DNA of 64,000 nt from Hydrogenophilales bacterium. GTDB lineage: Bacteria > Pseudomonadota > Gammaproteobacteria > Burkholderiales > Thiobacteraceae. The notes beneath the pieces were generated by a model. It saw only the letters and a list, made by a program, of their open reading frames with translations. It did no database searches and had not been told where the DNA came from. The translations under genes and the position numbers were made by a program. The DNA is taken from contig JACRIU010000102.1 of assembly GCA_016235775.1 (NCBI GenBank), positions 32,721-96,720 on the forward strand, written 5' to 3'. This document shows positions 48,120 to 56,965 of the stretch, piece by piece. Position 1 is the first letter of the stretch, and each line of letters begins with the position of its first letter.

Positions 48120-49189
48120 GTGGCGTGACTGAAGGTCAGGTCTATGACGGACCAGACCTCGTCGGCTGTCATCTGCGAAGGGAAATAGAGTCGCTTGTCT
48201 TTCGCGCTGAGTGACAGCACAACACTGCGGACTAGTCCCTTGACGGAACTCAATTCCACCTCAAATTGTGCGGTATCTCCGGTGAACGAGTCCTCATCGA
48301 GAGCTCGACGTACGCGGCGAACGGCGGCAACGTTTTTCCACGCGTCGTTCCCGGGCGCCACGTCGAACTCCACGGTAGCGCCCTTGGCAGCGAACTTTGT
48401 GTTCCTGGCCTTGAGCATCACGCCGGCACTGCCCGTTCCGGAGTCTAGTTCCATCTTGTCAAAGGCCTTTATCACCTTGGACACGCTGACGGGCTTGAGT
48501 TCATCTACGGAAAGAATTTCTGCCAGCACCGCTCGTACGGTTTCTTTTGCCACGTTATGGCTCGGATCCGCGAGCGGAATCTGCAGGAATAATGCGGCCT
48601 TCCGAGCACGCGGCCTGAGAACAAAACGGGCCACTGAACGGTCCAGCTGCTGCCGGTAAGCGCGAAATTCATAGACATCGCCGTCGATGACCTCGCGGTT
48701 CGGAACCTTGTCCTTTCCCATATCGCGATTCCAATACTCAAGTCGCCTACGCCAAACCATCTCAAACTGTCCGTCAACGTAGTCAATGGAAGCGAGCGTG
48801 AGATCCGCGGGAAAGTCAAGACTGGTGCCCTGCTTCCATACCCGGCTCAGACCCGTCGTAGTCAATCTGGCGATCAACCTGTCCGGTGACGTCCATGCAT
48901 CATCGGCACCAAGTTTCGGCGTAGCACGGTATAGATAAACGTGCTGCTTTCCCCATCCTTCAACATCGCTTAGCCAGGCTTCTAGGTCGCTGCCGAGAAT
49001 TGCGCCCTGCTCAATCGCCGCAACCAGATTGGCGAGTATCACGTCTTTTGTGGCACCAATTCGTATCGCCGGGTTGTCACGCTTCTTCTGTCGAAGAAAC
49101 TCCTTAATGAAGATATTCCCTTGAGCTTTTACGATGCGATTTGCGACATCAATTGCTCTTGATATGCCGTCCGAACTGCCGGTAGTCAT
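48116..49189 (-). CDS. Hypothetical protein (357 aa), translationally coupled to the hydrolase fusion
   Basis: Long ORF, ATGA overlap at 48116-48119, GGAGG-like RBS upstream; no domain recognised. Confidence 0.8.
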   Translation of the reverse strand: MTTGSSDGISRAIDVANRIVKAQGNIFIKEFLRQKKRDNPAIRIGATKDVILANLVAAIEQGAILGSDLEAWLSDVEGWGKQHVYLYRATPKLGADDAWTSPDRLIARLTTTGLSRVWKQGTSLDFPADLTLASIDYVDGQFEMVWRRRLEYWNRDMGKDKVPNREVIDGDVYEFRAYRQQLDRSVARFVLRPRARKAALFLQIPLADPSHNVAKETVRAVLAEILSVDELKPVSVSKVIKAFDKMELDSGTGSAGVMLKARNTKFAAKGATVEFDVAPGNDAWKNVAAVRRVRRALDEDSFTGDTAQFEVELSSVKGLVRSVVLSLSAKDKRLYFPSQMTADEVWSVIDLTFSHAT

Positions 49190-49405
49190 AGGAGCGCCTC
49201 CGATAAGTGAGAGTTGGAGTCGACATTACGCCAACGGAATCGCCACCACAAGTGCGTTACTTGGCCTTCAAGCATTGACACGCGTTGTTGGCGGCCGTTT
49301 TTCTTGTTATCCATCGAAAGAAATGGATCGATAGCCCCCATGCCATCTTTTCCAGAACAGGACGCTTGTGGCAGCTGCATTTACAAATCTATCGGCAGCT
49401 TTCGA

Positions 49406-49477
49406 ATGACCGCCAAGCCGAACATGAGACGTTCGCCGCAAACCGCCTGAACTTCCGCCGCTGCAAAAAAGACATAC
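49406..49477. repeat. Right boundary repeat (two ~28-bp units)
   Basis: ATGACCGCCAAGCCGAACATGAGACGTTCGC...TGAACTTCCGC, inverted relative of 42221-42295. Confidence 0.65.
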
Positions 49478-49618
49478 AGCAAGCGAGCCACGACCGGCTG
49501 CTTCGGGTTTCTCGGAATTTTGATCAACCTCTCTGTCAGATCAAGTCGGAACTACTGCTAATATGTTCATCATCAAAAATAAATAGGCCATTTTCAAAGC
49601 AACCCAATTTACACGCTC

Positions 49619-50287
49619 ATGCGCATAAATTACTCGCCAGCTTTCTACCGTATCGCTCCCTTCGTAGCCTATCTCGCAGTGCTCGTGCTGGAGAGTCAAG
49701 CGCAACATCTTTTTGCCGGATTCGATGTGCGTTGCTTGTATCCGCTGAAAATTCTGTTGGTGGTGAGCCTGCTCTTCGCGTTCCGGCAGTTTTACACGGA
49801 ACTGCGCGGCTTTAAATTCTCGCTTGGCGATGCAGCCTTGTCCTTCGGCTTGGGCTTGCTCGTGCTTGTGGTGTGGGTTGGGCTGGACGTTTCATGGGCG
49901 GTGATCGGGGCGCCGGGCGTGGGCTATGATCCGCGCACTGCGGGGCAGGTGAATTGGGTATTGGCCGGGATGCGCATCGCCGGGGCGGCTTTGGTCGTGC
50001 CGCTGATGGAAGAGTTGTTTTGGCGATCCTTCGTGATGCGCTGGATGGATAAGAGTGATTTTCTAACCGTGAGTCCCGCCGCCGTCACTTGGCGCGCCGT
50101 ATTGATTTCGAGTGTGGTGTTCGGCTTCGAGCATCATCAATGGCTGGCGGGGATTTTCGCCGGCTTGGCCTACGCCTGGCTATATCGCCGCACTGGGCAG
50201 CTTCACTACGCGATTTTCGCGCATGCCGTTACCAACGGTGCGCTCGGCGTTTGGGTGCTGGCGACCGGGCAGTGGCAGTATTGGTAA
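49619..50287 (+). CDS. CAAX prenyl protease-related (CPBP) intramembrane metalloprotease
   Basis: PLMEELFWRSF, FGFEH, HAVTN motifs. Confidence 0.9.
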   Translation: MRINYSPAFYRIAPFVAYLAVLVLESQAQHLFAGFDVRCLYPLKILLVVSLLFAFRQFYTELRGFKFSLGDAALSFGLGLLVLVVWVGLDVSWAVIGAPGVGYDPRTAGQVNWVLAGMRIAGAALVVPLMEELFWRSFVMRWMDKSDFLTVSPAAVTWRAVLISSVVFGFEHHQWLAGIFAGLAYAWLYRRTGQLHYAIFAHAVTNGALGVWVLATGQWQYW

Positions 50288-50303
50288 TCCTAGAAACTAT
50301 TAA

Positions 50304-50504
50304 ACCACGGAGTACACAGAGTACACGGAGTATTCATATGCTTTGCGGGTTGTAGGGGTCGGGCATGCCCGACCCGCTGACGATACCGGGCGAGGCATGC
50401 CTCGCCCCTACCTATACCCAGTAGGTGAATCGGTAATAATTACCTGGCCTAGTTTTTTTACCCCTCAAGGGGGTATTGAAAAGAACCTCCGTGTCCTCCG
50501 CGGT
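50304..50504. repeat. CAC(A/G)GAG 9-mer element with a nested GTAG REP doublet
   Basis: Arms 50304-50330 and 50487-50504; REP doublet 50352-50411. Confidence 0.85.
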
Positions 50505-50546
50505 GAAAAGCCGTTTTTTGGGTAATTGGCGCGTAACTTCTTTCGG

Positions 50547-51617
50547 CTACTTCAACTTGATTTCCGTCCACAGCCGGCTCATCAAGCGACGTTTGCGCCG
50601 ATCCAGATCGCGTAGCTGTTCCAAGCGCGCCGCAACTTGCTGATCCGGAAATATTCCCCGGTTGGCCGCGATCACCGGTTCAATAAAAGGCAAGGCCGCT
50701 TGATTGGGATTGCCGGAGCCGGTCAGGTTGGTCAGCTCGGCGGAGTTGCGGCCTTCCAGCATGAAGTCGATGAAGCGGTGGGCGAGGTCGGGTCGGGGTG
50801 CATCGCGCGGGATCACCATGCTGTCCAGCGCCAAGACCGCGCCTTCACGCGGCACGGTGTAGGCGATGCGGATGCCGCGTTTGGCTTGGCGCGCGGCATC
50901 GGCGGCTTGAAACATGTCGTTCGAGTAGCCATGGACCAGCCAGATATCGCCGGCGGAGAGCAGGCGAATGTAGCTGGTGTTGTTGAAGGCCGCCCAATAC
51001 GGCTTGGCGCGCATGATGATCTGCGCGGCCTGCCGCCAGTGCGCCTCGTCCGCATCGTTGATGGAGTAGCCCAGATATTTCAAGGCGGCGGCCATGAGCT
51101 CGCGCTGATCGTCCAGCACGGTCACCCGGCCCTTGATGCGCGCCAAATATTTGGGTTCGAAGATCGCGGCCCAGCTATCGGTCGGGATGCCCAGCGCGCG
51201 CATGCGATCTTCGTTGTAGCCGATCAGCGTGATGGTGTAGGCGTAGGGAATGGAATAGACATTGCCTTGATCGAACGCCGCATTGAGATACAAGGGCGCG
51301 AGGTTGTTGAGATGCGGCAGCTTCTGCTTGTCGATCGGCTGCAAAGCGTTTTGCTTGATCAGCGATTCGACCGCGTTGCCGGTGGGCACCAGCAGGTCAT
51401 AGCCTTTTGCCCCCGCCGCCAGTTTGGCCAGCAGTTCGTCGTTGGAACCATAGGTGTCGTAGGAAACGCGGCAGGCACACTCGATTTTGAAACGCTCCAG
51501 GGTCTGGGGCCCGATGTAGTTGTTCCAGTTGTAGATGTGCAGGGTGTCGGCGGCCTGTGCGCCGAGGGCTAGGAACAGTAGCGCGATGCCGAGTCCTATT
51601 CGGTCGAATAGTTTCAT
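50547..51617 (-). CDS. potD: Spermidine/putrescine ABC transporter substrate-binding protein
   Basis: LHIYNWNNYI, YGSNDEL, GYDLLVP, PREGA; start ATG 51617 after the repeat. Confidence 0.85.
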   Translation of the reverse strand: MKLFDRIGLGIALLFLALGAQAADTLHIYNWNNYIGPQTLERFKIECACRVSYDTYGSNDELLAKLAAGAKGYDLLVPTGNAVESLIKQNALQPIDKQKLPHLNNLAPLYLNAAFDQGNVYSIPYAYTITLIGYNEDRMRALGIPTDSWAAIFEPKYLARIKGRVTVLDDQRELMAAALKYLGYSINDADEAHWRQAAQIIMRAKPYWAAFNNTSYIRLLSAGDIWLVHGYSNDMFQAADAARQAKRGIRIAYTVPREGAVLALDSMVIPRDAPRPDLAHRFIDFMLEGRNSAELTNLTGSGNPNQAALPFIEPVIAANRGIFPDQQVAARLEQLRDLDRRKRRLMSRLWTEIKLK

Positions 51618-51634
51618 CCTAAAAACGGCAGTTC

Positions 51635-51767
51635 TTGCCACAGAGATCACAGAGCACACAGAGAAAAACCCGGTAGATTCCTGGTTCCTGGTCCACAATT
51701 TGGTTGGGGCCGGTAAAACAGAAAAGCTACTGCATTTTCTCTGTGCCCTCTGTGTTCTCTGTGGCAA
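51635..51767. repeat. Inverted CACAGAG 9-mer-array element inside the pot operon
   Basis: TTGCCACAGAGATCACAGAGCACACAGAG ... CTCTGTGCCCTCTGTGTTCTCTGTGGCAA. Confidence 0.88.
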
Positions 51768-51791
51768 ATTGATTTTTTCTGGTTTCATGCC

Positions 51792-52571
51792 CTAAGCCCC
51801 ACTGCGCAGCGCGCTCGGCGCCAGACGCGAAGCAATCGCCAGGATGGCCAAGGTGAGCAGCACCAGAATGGTCGAGATCGCATTCACCTCAGGCGTGACG
51901 GTGATTTTGATCATGGTGTAGATGCGCAAGGGCAGGGTCGAGGCGTCCACGCCCGCGGTGAAGAAGGTGATGACGAAATCGTCGATGGAAAGCGTGAAGG
52001 CGAGCAGTGCGCCGGCCACGATGCCCGGCGCGATCAGGGGCAGGGTGATGTAGCGAAAACTTTGCCAAGGAGTGGCGCCGAGATCGCGCGCCGCTTCCAC
52101 CAAAGCCGGATCCATCCCCGCCAAGCGCGAGCGCACCACGATGGCCACGAAGGAAATGCAAAAAGCGATATGCGCCAGCATGATCGAGGCCAAGCCCAAG
52201 GTGAAGTTGATCAGCACGAAGAAAATCAGGAGGCTGACGCCGCTTAAAAGTTCCGGGATTGCAAGCGGCGCCACGATGAGAAACGGCAGCAGCCGCAACT
52301 TATAGCGATGCAGCGCCAGACCGGCCAGCGTGCCGAGCACGGTGGAAACGGCGCTGGCGACTGCCGCGATCAGCAGCGAATGGTAGGCCGCGCGCAGCAT
52401 CTCATCATCCTGCAGCAGCACCTGGTACCAGTGCAGGGTAAACCCGGTCCATTGCGTACCCAGCTTGGATGCGTTGAAGGAATGCAGGATCACGATCAAC
52501 AGAGGCAGGTAGAGAAAGGAGTACACCGCGAGCGCAGCCAGCCAGCGCAAGGTGGCGGGTTTTTTAAGCAT
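51792..52571 (-). CDS. potC: Spermidine/putrescine ABC transporter permease
   Basis: FLYLP..SFN, EAARDLGA, FTLSIDDFVIT, PEVNA. Confidence 0.88.
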   Translation of the reverse strand: MLKKPATLRWLAALAVYSFLYLPLLIVILHSFNASKLGTQWTGFTLHWYQVLLQDDEMLRAAYHSLLIAAVASAVSTVLGTLAGLALHRYKLRLLPFLIVAPLAIPELLSGVSLLIFFVLINFTLGLASIMLAHIAFCISFVAIVVRSRLAGMDPALVEAARDLGATPWQSFRYITLPLIAPGIVAGALLAFTLSIDDFVITFFTAGVDASTLPLRIYTMIKITVTPEVNAISTILVLLTLAILAIASRLAPSALRSGA

Positions 52572-53463
52572 AGATGCGTCCCCCTGCGCGCCGCGCGGCC
52601 CATGCGGCGGCCGCAGTCAATGCCAGCACGAGGATGGTCATGACGATCGAGAGCGCGCTGCCGAACGGCCAATCACGTGCCTCCAGAAACTGCATTTTGA
52701 TCACGTTGCCGATCATGATGCCGCTGGCGCCGCCCAAAATATCCGGCACGGCAAAGGCGCCCAGGGCCGGAATAAAAACCAGGATGGCGCCGGCGATGAC
52801 GCCGGGGCGAGACAGCGGAAAAGTGATTTGCCAAAAGCATTGCCAAGGCGTGGCGCCCAGATCGCGCGCCGCATCCAGCAGGGCCGGATCATGCTTTTCC
52901 AGATTGGCATATAAAGGCAGAACCATGAAAGGCAGATGCACATAGACCAGCCCAACCAACACCGCGAACGGGGAAAAGAGCAGCGACACCGGCTCCAGGT
53001 GCAGCCAAGCCAACACGCCGTTGACCAGCCGTGACAGGCCAGCCTGCGGGCCGAGGATAATCATCCAGGCATAGATGCGCACCAGAAAATTGCTCCAGAA
53101 CGGCAAGATCACCAACAGCAGCAGCGCATTGCGCCAACGCTTGGGGCTGCGCGCGATGGTCAGCGCAAGCGGGTAGGCCAAGATCAGGCAACACAATGTC
53201 ACCACCACGGCATAGGCCAGGGATTTCAAGAACAGCCAGGCGTAGAGCGTCGTCGCGGCCAAGTCGGTGTAGTTGTCGAGCGTCAGATCGAAGTGCAGCC
53301 CTTGCGCGTCGCTAAGCATAAGCGGCGCCAAGCCGCCCTCCGCGCCGGGCCAGCCGAACGAGGCCGCCACCATGATCAAAGTCGGTGCGACAAACAGCAG
53401 CAGCAAATAGAGCCACGGGGGGCCGGCGATCAGCCAGCGCGCGAGGCGTTCTTTGTTAGGCAT
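52564..53463 (-). CDS. potB: Spermidine/putrescine ABC transporter permease
   Basis: ILPFWSNFLVRIYAW, LPFMVLPLY, DWPFGSA. Confidence 0.88.
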   Translation of the reverse strand: MPNKERLARWLIAGPPWLYLLLLFVAPTLIMVAASFGWPGAEGGLAPLMLSDAQGLHFDLTLDNYTDLAATTLYAWLFLKSLAYAVVVTLCCLILAYPLALTIARSPKRWRNALLLLVILPFWSNFLVRIYAWMIILGPQAGLSRLVNGVLAWLHLEPVSLLFSPFAVLVGLVYVHLPFMVLPLYANLEKHDPALLDAARDLGATPWQCFWQITFPLSRPGVIAGAILVFIPALGAFAVPDILGGASGIMIGNVIKMQFLEARDWPFGSALSIVMTILVLALTAAAAWAARRAGGRIYA

Positions 53464-54541
53464 TGAGGAACCTTCCTGCCGTGTCATGCCAGGTGAGCTG
53501 TACCGGGTCGCCGATTTCGAAACTGCGTCCACCGGCCGCGGCCGCGTTGGGCAGCAAGACTTCCAGCGTGAGCCCAGTTTCCAGTTTCACCATATATCGC
53601 GTGACGTCGCCCAGGTAGAGTTGGTGGCGGATCGTGCCGGTGAAACAATTTTCGTCAGGTGCGGGTGCGTGATCGATAGCGATGCGCAGCTTTTCCGGGC
53701 GCAGCGCCAATACGCCGGCTTGACCTATCTGCACCGGCTGCTCGATCTGCGCCCTAACCGTTCCCAGCCCCTTGGCTGACAGCTGCACCAGCGCGCCATC
53801 GACCGCCGCCACCACCACATCGATCAGATTGCAATTGCCGATGAAGTCGGCCACGAATCGATTGAGGGGGAATTCGTAGATTTTGTCCGGCGCATCCACT
53901 TGGATGACTTTTCCCTCGTTCATCACGGCGATGCGGTGGGACAAGGCGAGCGCCTCGCTCTGATCGTGGGTGACATAGACGAAGGTGATACCCACTTCTT
54001 GCTGGAGCTTGATGAGCTCCACCCGCATCTGTTCGCGCAGCTTGAGATCGAGCGCCGCCAGCGGCTCGTCCAGCAAGAGAATTTCAGGCTGATCGATCAG
54101 CGCCCGTGCAATGGCGACACGCTGTCGCTGCCCGCCGGACAGCTCATCCGGATAGCGGCCGGCCATTTGCGGCAACTGCACCTCGTCGAGCGCAGCTTGA
54201 ACGCGCGCCTGGATTTCGGTGCGGGGAACGCCGCGCATGCGCAGCGGAAAGCCGATATTCTCGGCCACACTCAGGTGCGGGAACAATGCGTAGCTTTGAA
54301 ACACCGTGTGAATGGGCCGTGCCTCGGGGGGAGAGCTGGACATGTCACGCTCCCCCAGAAAGATTTGACCTTGATCCAGCGGCTCGAAGCCGGCAATCAA
54401 ACGCAGTAGCGTAGTTTTGCCGCAGCCGGAGGGACCGAGCAGGGTAAAAAATTCGCCGGCTTCTATTTGCAGACTCACGCCCTGTACGGCGCCAAGTTCA
54501 CCGAACCATCGGCTGACATTGCGAATGTCGAGAAGGGGCAT
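53456..54541 (-). CDS. potA: Spermidine/putrescine ABC transporter ATP-binding protein
   Basis: GPSGCGKT, FQSYALFPH, LSGGQ, DEPL, TOBE C-terminus. Confidence 0.9.
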   Translation of the reverse strand: MPLLDIRNVSRWFGELGAVQGVSLQIEAGEFFTLLGPSGCGKTTLLRLIAGFEPLDQGQIFLGERDMSSSPPEARPIHTVFQSYALFPHLSVAENIGFPLRMRGVPRTEIQARVQAALDEVQLPQMAGRYPDELSGGQRQRVAIARALIDQPEILLLDEPLAALDLKLREQMRVELIKLQQEVGITFVYVTHDQSEALALSHRIAVMNEGKVIQVDAPDKIYEFPLNRFVADFIGNCNLIDVVVAAVDGALVQLSAKGLGTVRAQIEQPVQIGQAGVLALRPEKLRIAIDHAPAPDENCFTGTIRHQLYLGDVTRYMVKLETGLTLEVLLPNAAAAGGRSFEIGDPVQLTWHDTAGRFLNA

Positions 54542-54641
54542 GGCTGTGAGTGACGATGCAATGAGTTATTTGCTAAGCATAGTCAAAATATCTGCGGTCA
54601 ACCGATTGATCTTTTCATTCAGCAAGGCAAAACAAAACAAT

Positions 54642-56711
54642 TTAATGATTGCCGCCATTGCTCATGCAGCGCAACAATCGCTCCCAGTGCCGCGTATAGC
54701 GCGGTGCATCGCATAGCGAGGAGGCTTCCACCTGCCTGCGTAGTGACCCGCGCAGCGTAGCCAAACGGGGCAGATCAGCCGCCAATGTTTGCGCGGCTTG
54801 TAAAAAACTCGATTCGTTGCCGGTAATCCATTCCGTCAGTCTTGCTTGGGTCAGGATCGTCGCTCCCCAGCGGCTGACCATGGCTTCGCCTGCAAGCGTG
54901 AGCACCGGTACGCCCATCCACAGAGATTCGAAGCTGGTGGTGGAACCATTGAAGGGGAAAGGGTCGAAGCTGATGTCCACCGCGTGGTAGCGCGCGAGGT
55001 GGTCTGCGGCCGATTCATCGGCGGCGGTGAGGGTGAGGCGGTCTGCATGGATGCCATGTTGCGCAAACTGCGCGGCGACATGCTCGCGCACATAGGGATC
55101 GCCGTACAAATCCTTGTATTTGAGAATCAGCCGGGCCGAAGGCAGGGCAGTTAATAGCTGCGACCAGAGCGCGATCACGGCGGCGTTCAACTTCGCCGGG
55201 TTGTTGAAGCTGGCGAAGGTGAGGTAGCCATTGGTAAGTGCGGGCAGTGGATTCACCGGTGGCGCATCGCTCAGCGGCTGGTGCAGGTAATACGAGGGCA
55301 GGCGCGCGACACGCTCGCTGAACCATTGTGTACCGCGCTTCGGGGCGAGCACGGGATCGGCAATCACATAGTCGAAGCCACTCATGCCCGTGGCGCCGGG
55401 GTCGTGAAAACTCACGCACACGGATGCGGCGCGATGCGCGGCGATGAGCGGACGGTTGGCATCGAAGCGCCAGGCGAGAATGACCAGCACGTCGATTTCA
55501 TCTGCGCGCATCTGCTCCGCCGCTTGGGCGTCGTTGAGCTGGCTGATCAGGCGAAACTGGTCGCTGGCCGCCATCAAGCGCTCGCTCATGGCGTCCATCG
55601 CGCCGATGTTGGCGTAGAGATAAATCTCGAAGCGTGTGCGGTCGTGTTCTTGCAACACCGGCAGCAAATTGCGCGCGACTGGATGTTCGCGAAAATCCGA
55701 GGACACATAGCCGATGCGCAATTTGCGTCCCACGAGCGGCTTGGTCGCGGGCTTCGTGGCTTGGGCATAAATAGGCGCGGCGAAGCGTTGATCGATCTCG
55801 TGTAGCACGCCGCGCAGGACGGCATCGGTATCCGGCACATAGAGCAAGGCCATGGCGTAATAGCGCCAGTAGTTGGGGTTGCCGGCTTGCTGCTCCTTGC
55901 AGCGCTCGAACGCGGCCAATGCTTCCTCATGCCGGCCCAAGTGGGTAAGGGTCACCGCCTGATTGAGCGCGGCGGGATGATTTGGTTGAATCCGCGCGGC
56001 GGTGTCGAAGCAGGCGATCGCGCGGGCGTAGGCGTGGTTTTTCAGGCAGGCGGCGGCCAGGTTGTTCCAAGCAGGCGCATTGTTCGGGTCCACTTCCACA
56101 TAGCGCGAATAAGCGGCGATGGCGGCTTCGTACTGGCCGGTTTCGAGTGCGAGATTGCCGAGGTTGTACAACGCATCGGCCATGCGCGGGTCGAGCGCGA
56201 GCGCGGCTTCGAAATGCCGTTTGGCCTCCGCGAGTTTGCCCGCCTTGCGGTAGACGCTGCCCAGGATGTTTTGCGCACCGGGGTGTTGCGGCAGCATTTC
56301 GGCGGCGCGGCCATGGGCGCGGATGGCGGCGTCGATCTGCCCGAGCGCCTCGCGAGTGAAACCCAAGGCGGAAAACAGATCGGGCAGCTCCGGTGCGCGA
56401 TCGATGGCCTGCTCCAGCAGCGAGAGCGCTTGTTCAGGCTGCCCCGCCAAGCGCATGGCCTCGGCCAGATCGCGCAGGATGAAAGGATTATGCGCATCGG
56501 CCTGACTGGCGCGGGCAAGAAAATCCACCGCTGCCTGCATGCGGCCGGATTGCTTGGCGATGACCCCCGCCAGATGCAGGGCACGGGCATGATCCGGCTG
56601 CTCCGCCAGCGCTTCGCCGCACAAGGCTTCGGCCTGGGCCAGGTCGCCGGCGCGAAAGCGCGCGACGGCGGTGTCGAGTTGCTGATTCAAGGGGGTGTCG
56701 GGGCGTGGCAT
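54642..56711 (-). CDS. TPR-repeat O-GlcNAc transferase / SPINDLY-like glycosyltransferase (GT41)
   Basis: Multiple TPRs, LRIGYVSSDFREHPV, FNNPAK, DPFPFNGSTT..SLWMGVPV. Confidence 0.9.
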   Translation of the reverse strand: MPRPDTPLNQQLDTAVARFRAGDLAQAEALCGEALAEQPDHARALHLAGVIAKQSGRMQAAVDFLARASQADAHNPFILRDLAEAMRLAGQPEQALSLLEQAIDRAPELPDLFSALGFTREALGQIDAAIRAHGRAAEMLPQHPGAQNILGSVYRKAGKLAEAKRHFEAALALDPRMADALYNLGNLALETGQYEAAIAAYSRYVEVDPNNAPAWNNLAAACLKNHAYARAIACFDTAARIQPNHPAALNQAVTLTHLGRHEEALAAFERCKEQQAGNPNYWRYYAMALLYVPDTDAVLRGVLHEIDQRFAAPIYAQATKPATKPLVGRKLRIGYVSSDFREHPVARNLLPVLQEHDRTRFEIYLYANIGAMDAMSERLMAASDQFRLISQLNDAQAAEQMRADEIDVLVILAWRFDANRPLIAAHRAASVCVSFHDPGATGMSGFDYVIADPVLAPKRGTQWFSERVARLPSYYLHQPLSDAPPVNPLPALTNGYLTFASFNNPAKLNAAVIALWSQLLTALPSARLILKYKDLYGDPYVREHVAAQFAQHGIHADRLTLTAADESAADHLARYHAVDISFDPFPFNGSTTSFESLWMGVPVLTLAGEAMVSRWGATILTQARLTEWITGNESSFLQAAQTLAADLPRLATLRGSLRRQVEASSLCDAPRYTRHWERLLRCMSNGGNH

Positions 56712-56739
56712 ATTGGTTTGTTTTTAAGTCGAAAAACTA

Positions 56740-56871
56740 TTTGCCACAGAGGTCACAGAGGCCACAGAGAAAAACAATGCCGTTTACTGTATGCATGCCG
56801 ACTCAAAACGGGAAACAAATAAATGAGCCTTCTGTGCTTTTCTCTGTGCTCTCTGTGACCTCTGTGGCAAA
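56740..56871. repeat. Inverted CACAGAG 9-mer-array element
   Basis: TTTGCCACAGAGGTCACAGAGGCCACAGAG ... CTCTGTGCTCTCTGTGACCTCTGTGGCAAA. Confidence 0.88.
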
Positions 56872-56905
56872 AAGCCGTTAAAAGACTATTCTAATGATAT
56901 CCCTA

Positions 56906-56932
56906 TTGAAAATCCGAATTAGCGCCCTATTT
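56906..56932 (+). promoter_or_regulatory. Sigma-32 heat-shock promoter of clpB
   Basis: TTGAAA-N13-CCCTATTT. Confidence 0.7.
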
Positions 56933-56965
56933 AAGTCGTAACAAACCAGCTTTGAAGGGAAAATC

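Larger units (their letters stand above)
42221..49477. mobile_element. Putative horizontally acquired defence island bounded by degenerate inverted repeats
   Basis: Visible loss of host GC3 codon bias; RM-like and unknown genes; 42221-42295 is an inverted relative of 49406-49477; no integrase or transposase inside. Confidence 0.65.

Noticed and set aside
49229..49293. attC-like element CGCCAAC...GTTGGCG (65 bp) upstream of the 357-aa gene
   Set aside because: The ends are complementary but deviate from RYYYAAC/GTTRRRY. Inner L boxes pair poorly, and there is no second attC or integron integrase. An IntegronFinder run would settle it.
42205..49600. Prophage, IS or tRNA-anchored integrative element as an explanation for the island
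   Set aside because: No integrase, transposase, phage gene, tRNA or exact direct-repeat att pair could be seen.
49186..49815. ORFs 49186-49380, 49214-49450 and 49285-49815 at the island's right edge
   Set aside because: They span the boundary repeats, overlap real genes and have no recognisable features.
51618..51788. N-terminal extension of potD in the ORF track (similarly 8429-8620, 15514-15690, 28598-28795, 34253-34678, 40343-40474)
   Set aside because: These extensions translate repeats or overlap neighbouring genes; domain starts and RBS or stop-start overlaps support the shorter starts.
21817..56871. CACAGAG and heptamer arrays as possible CRISPR repeats
   Set aside because: The units are 7-9 bp, tandem or inverted, without unique 30-40 bp spacers between direct repeats; no cas genes are present.
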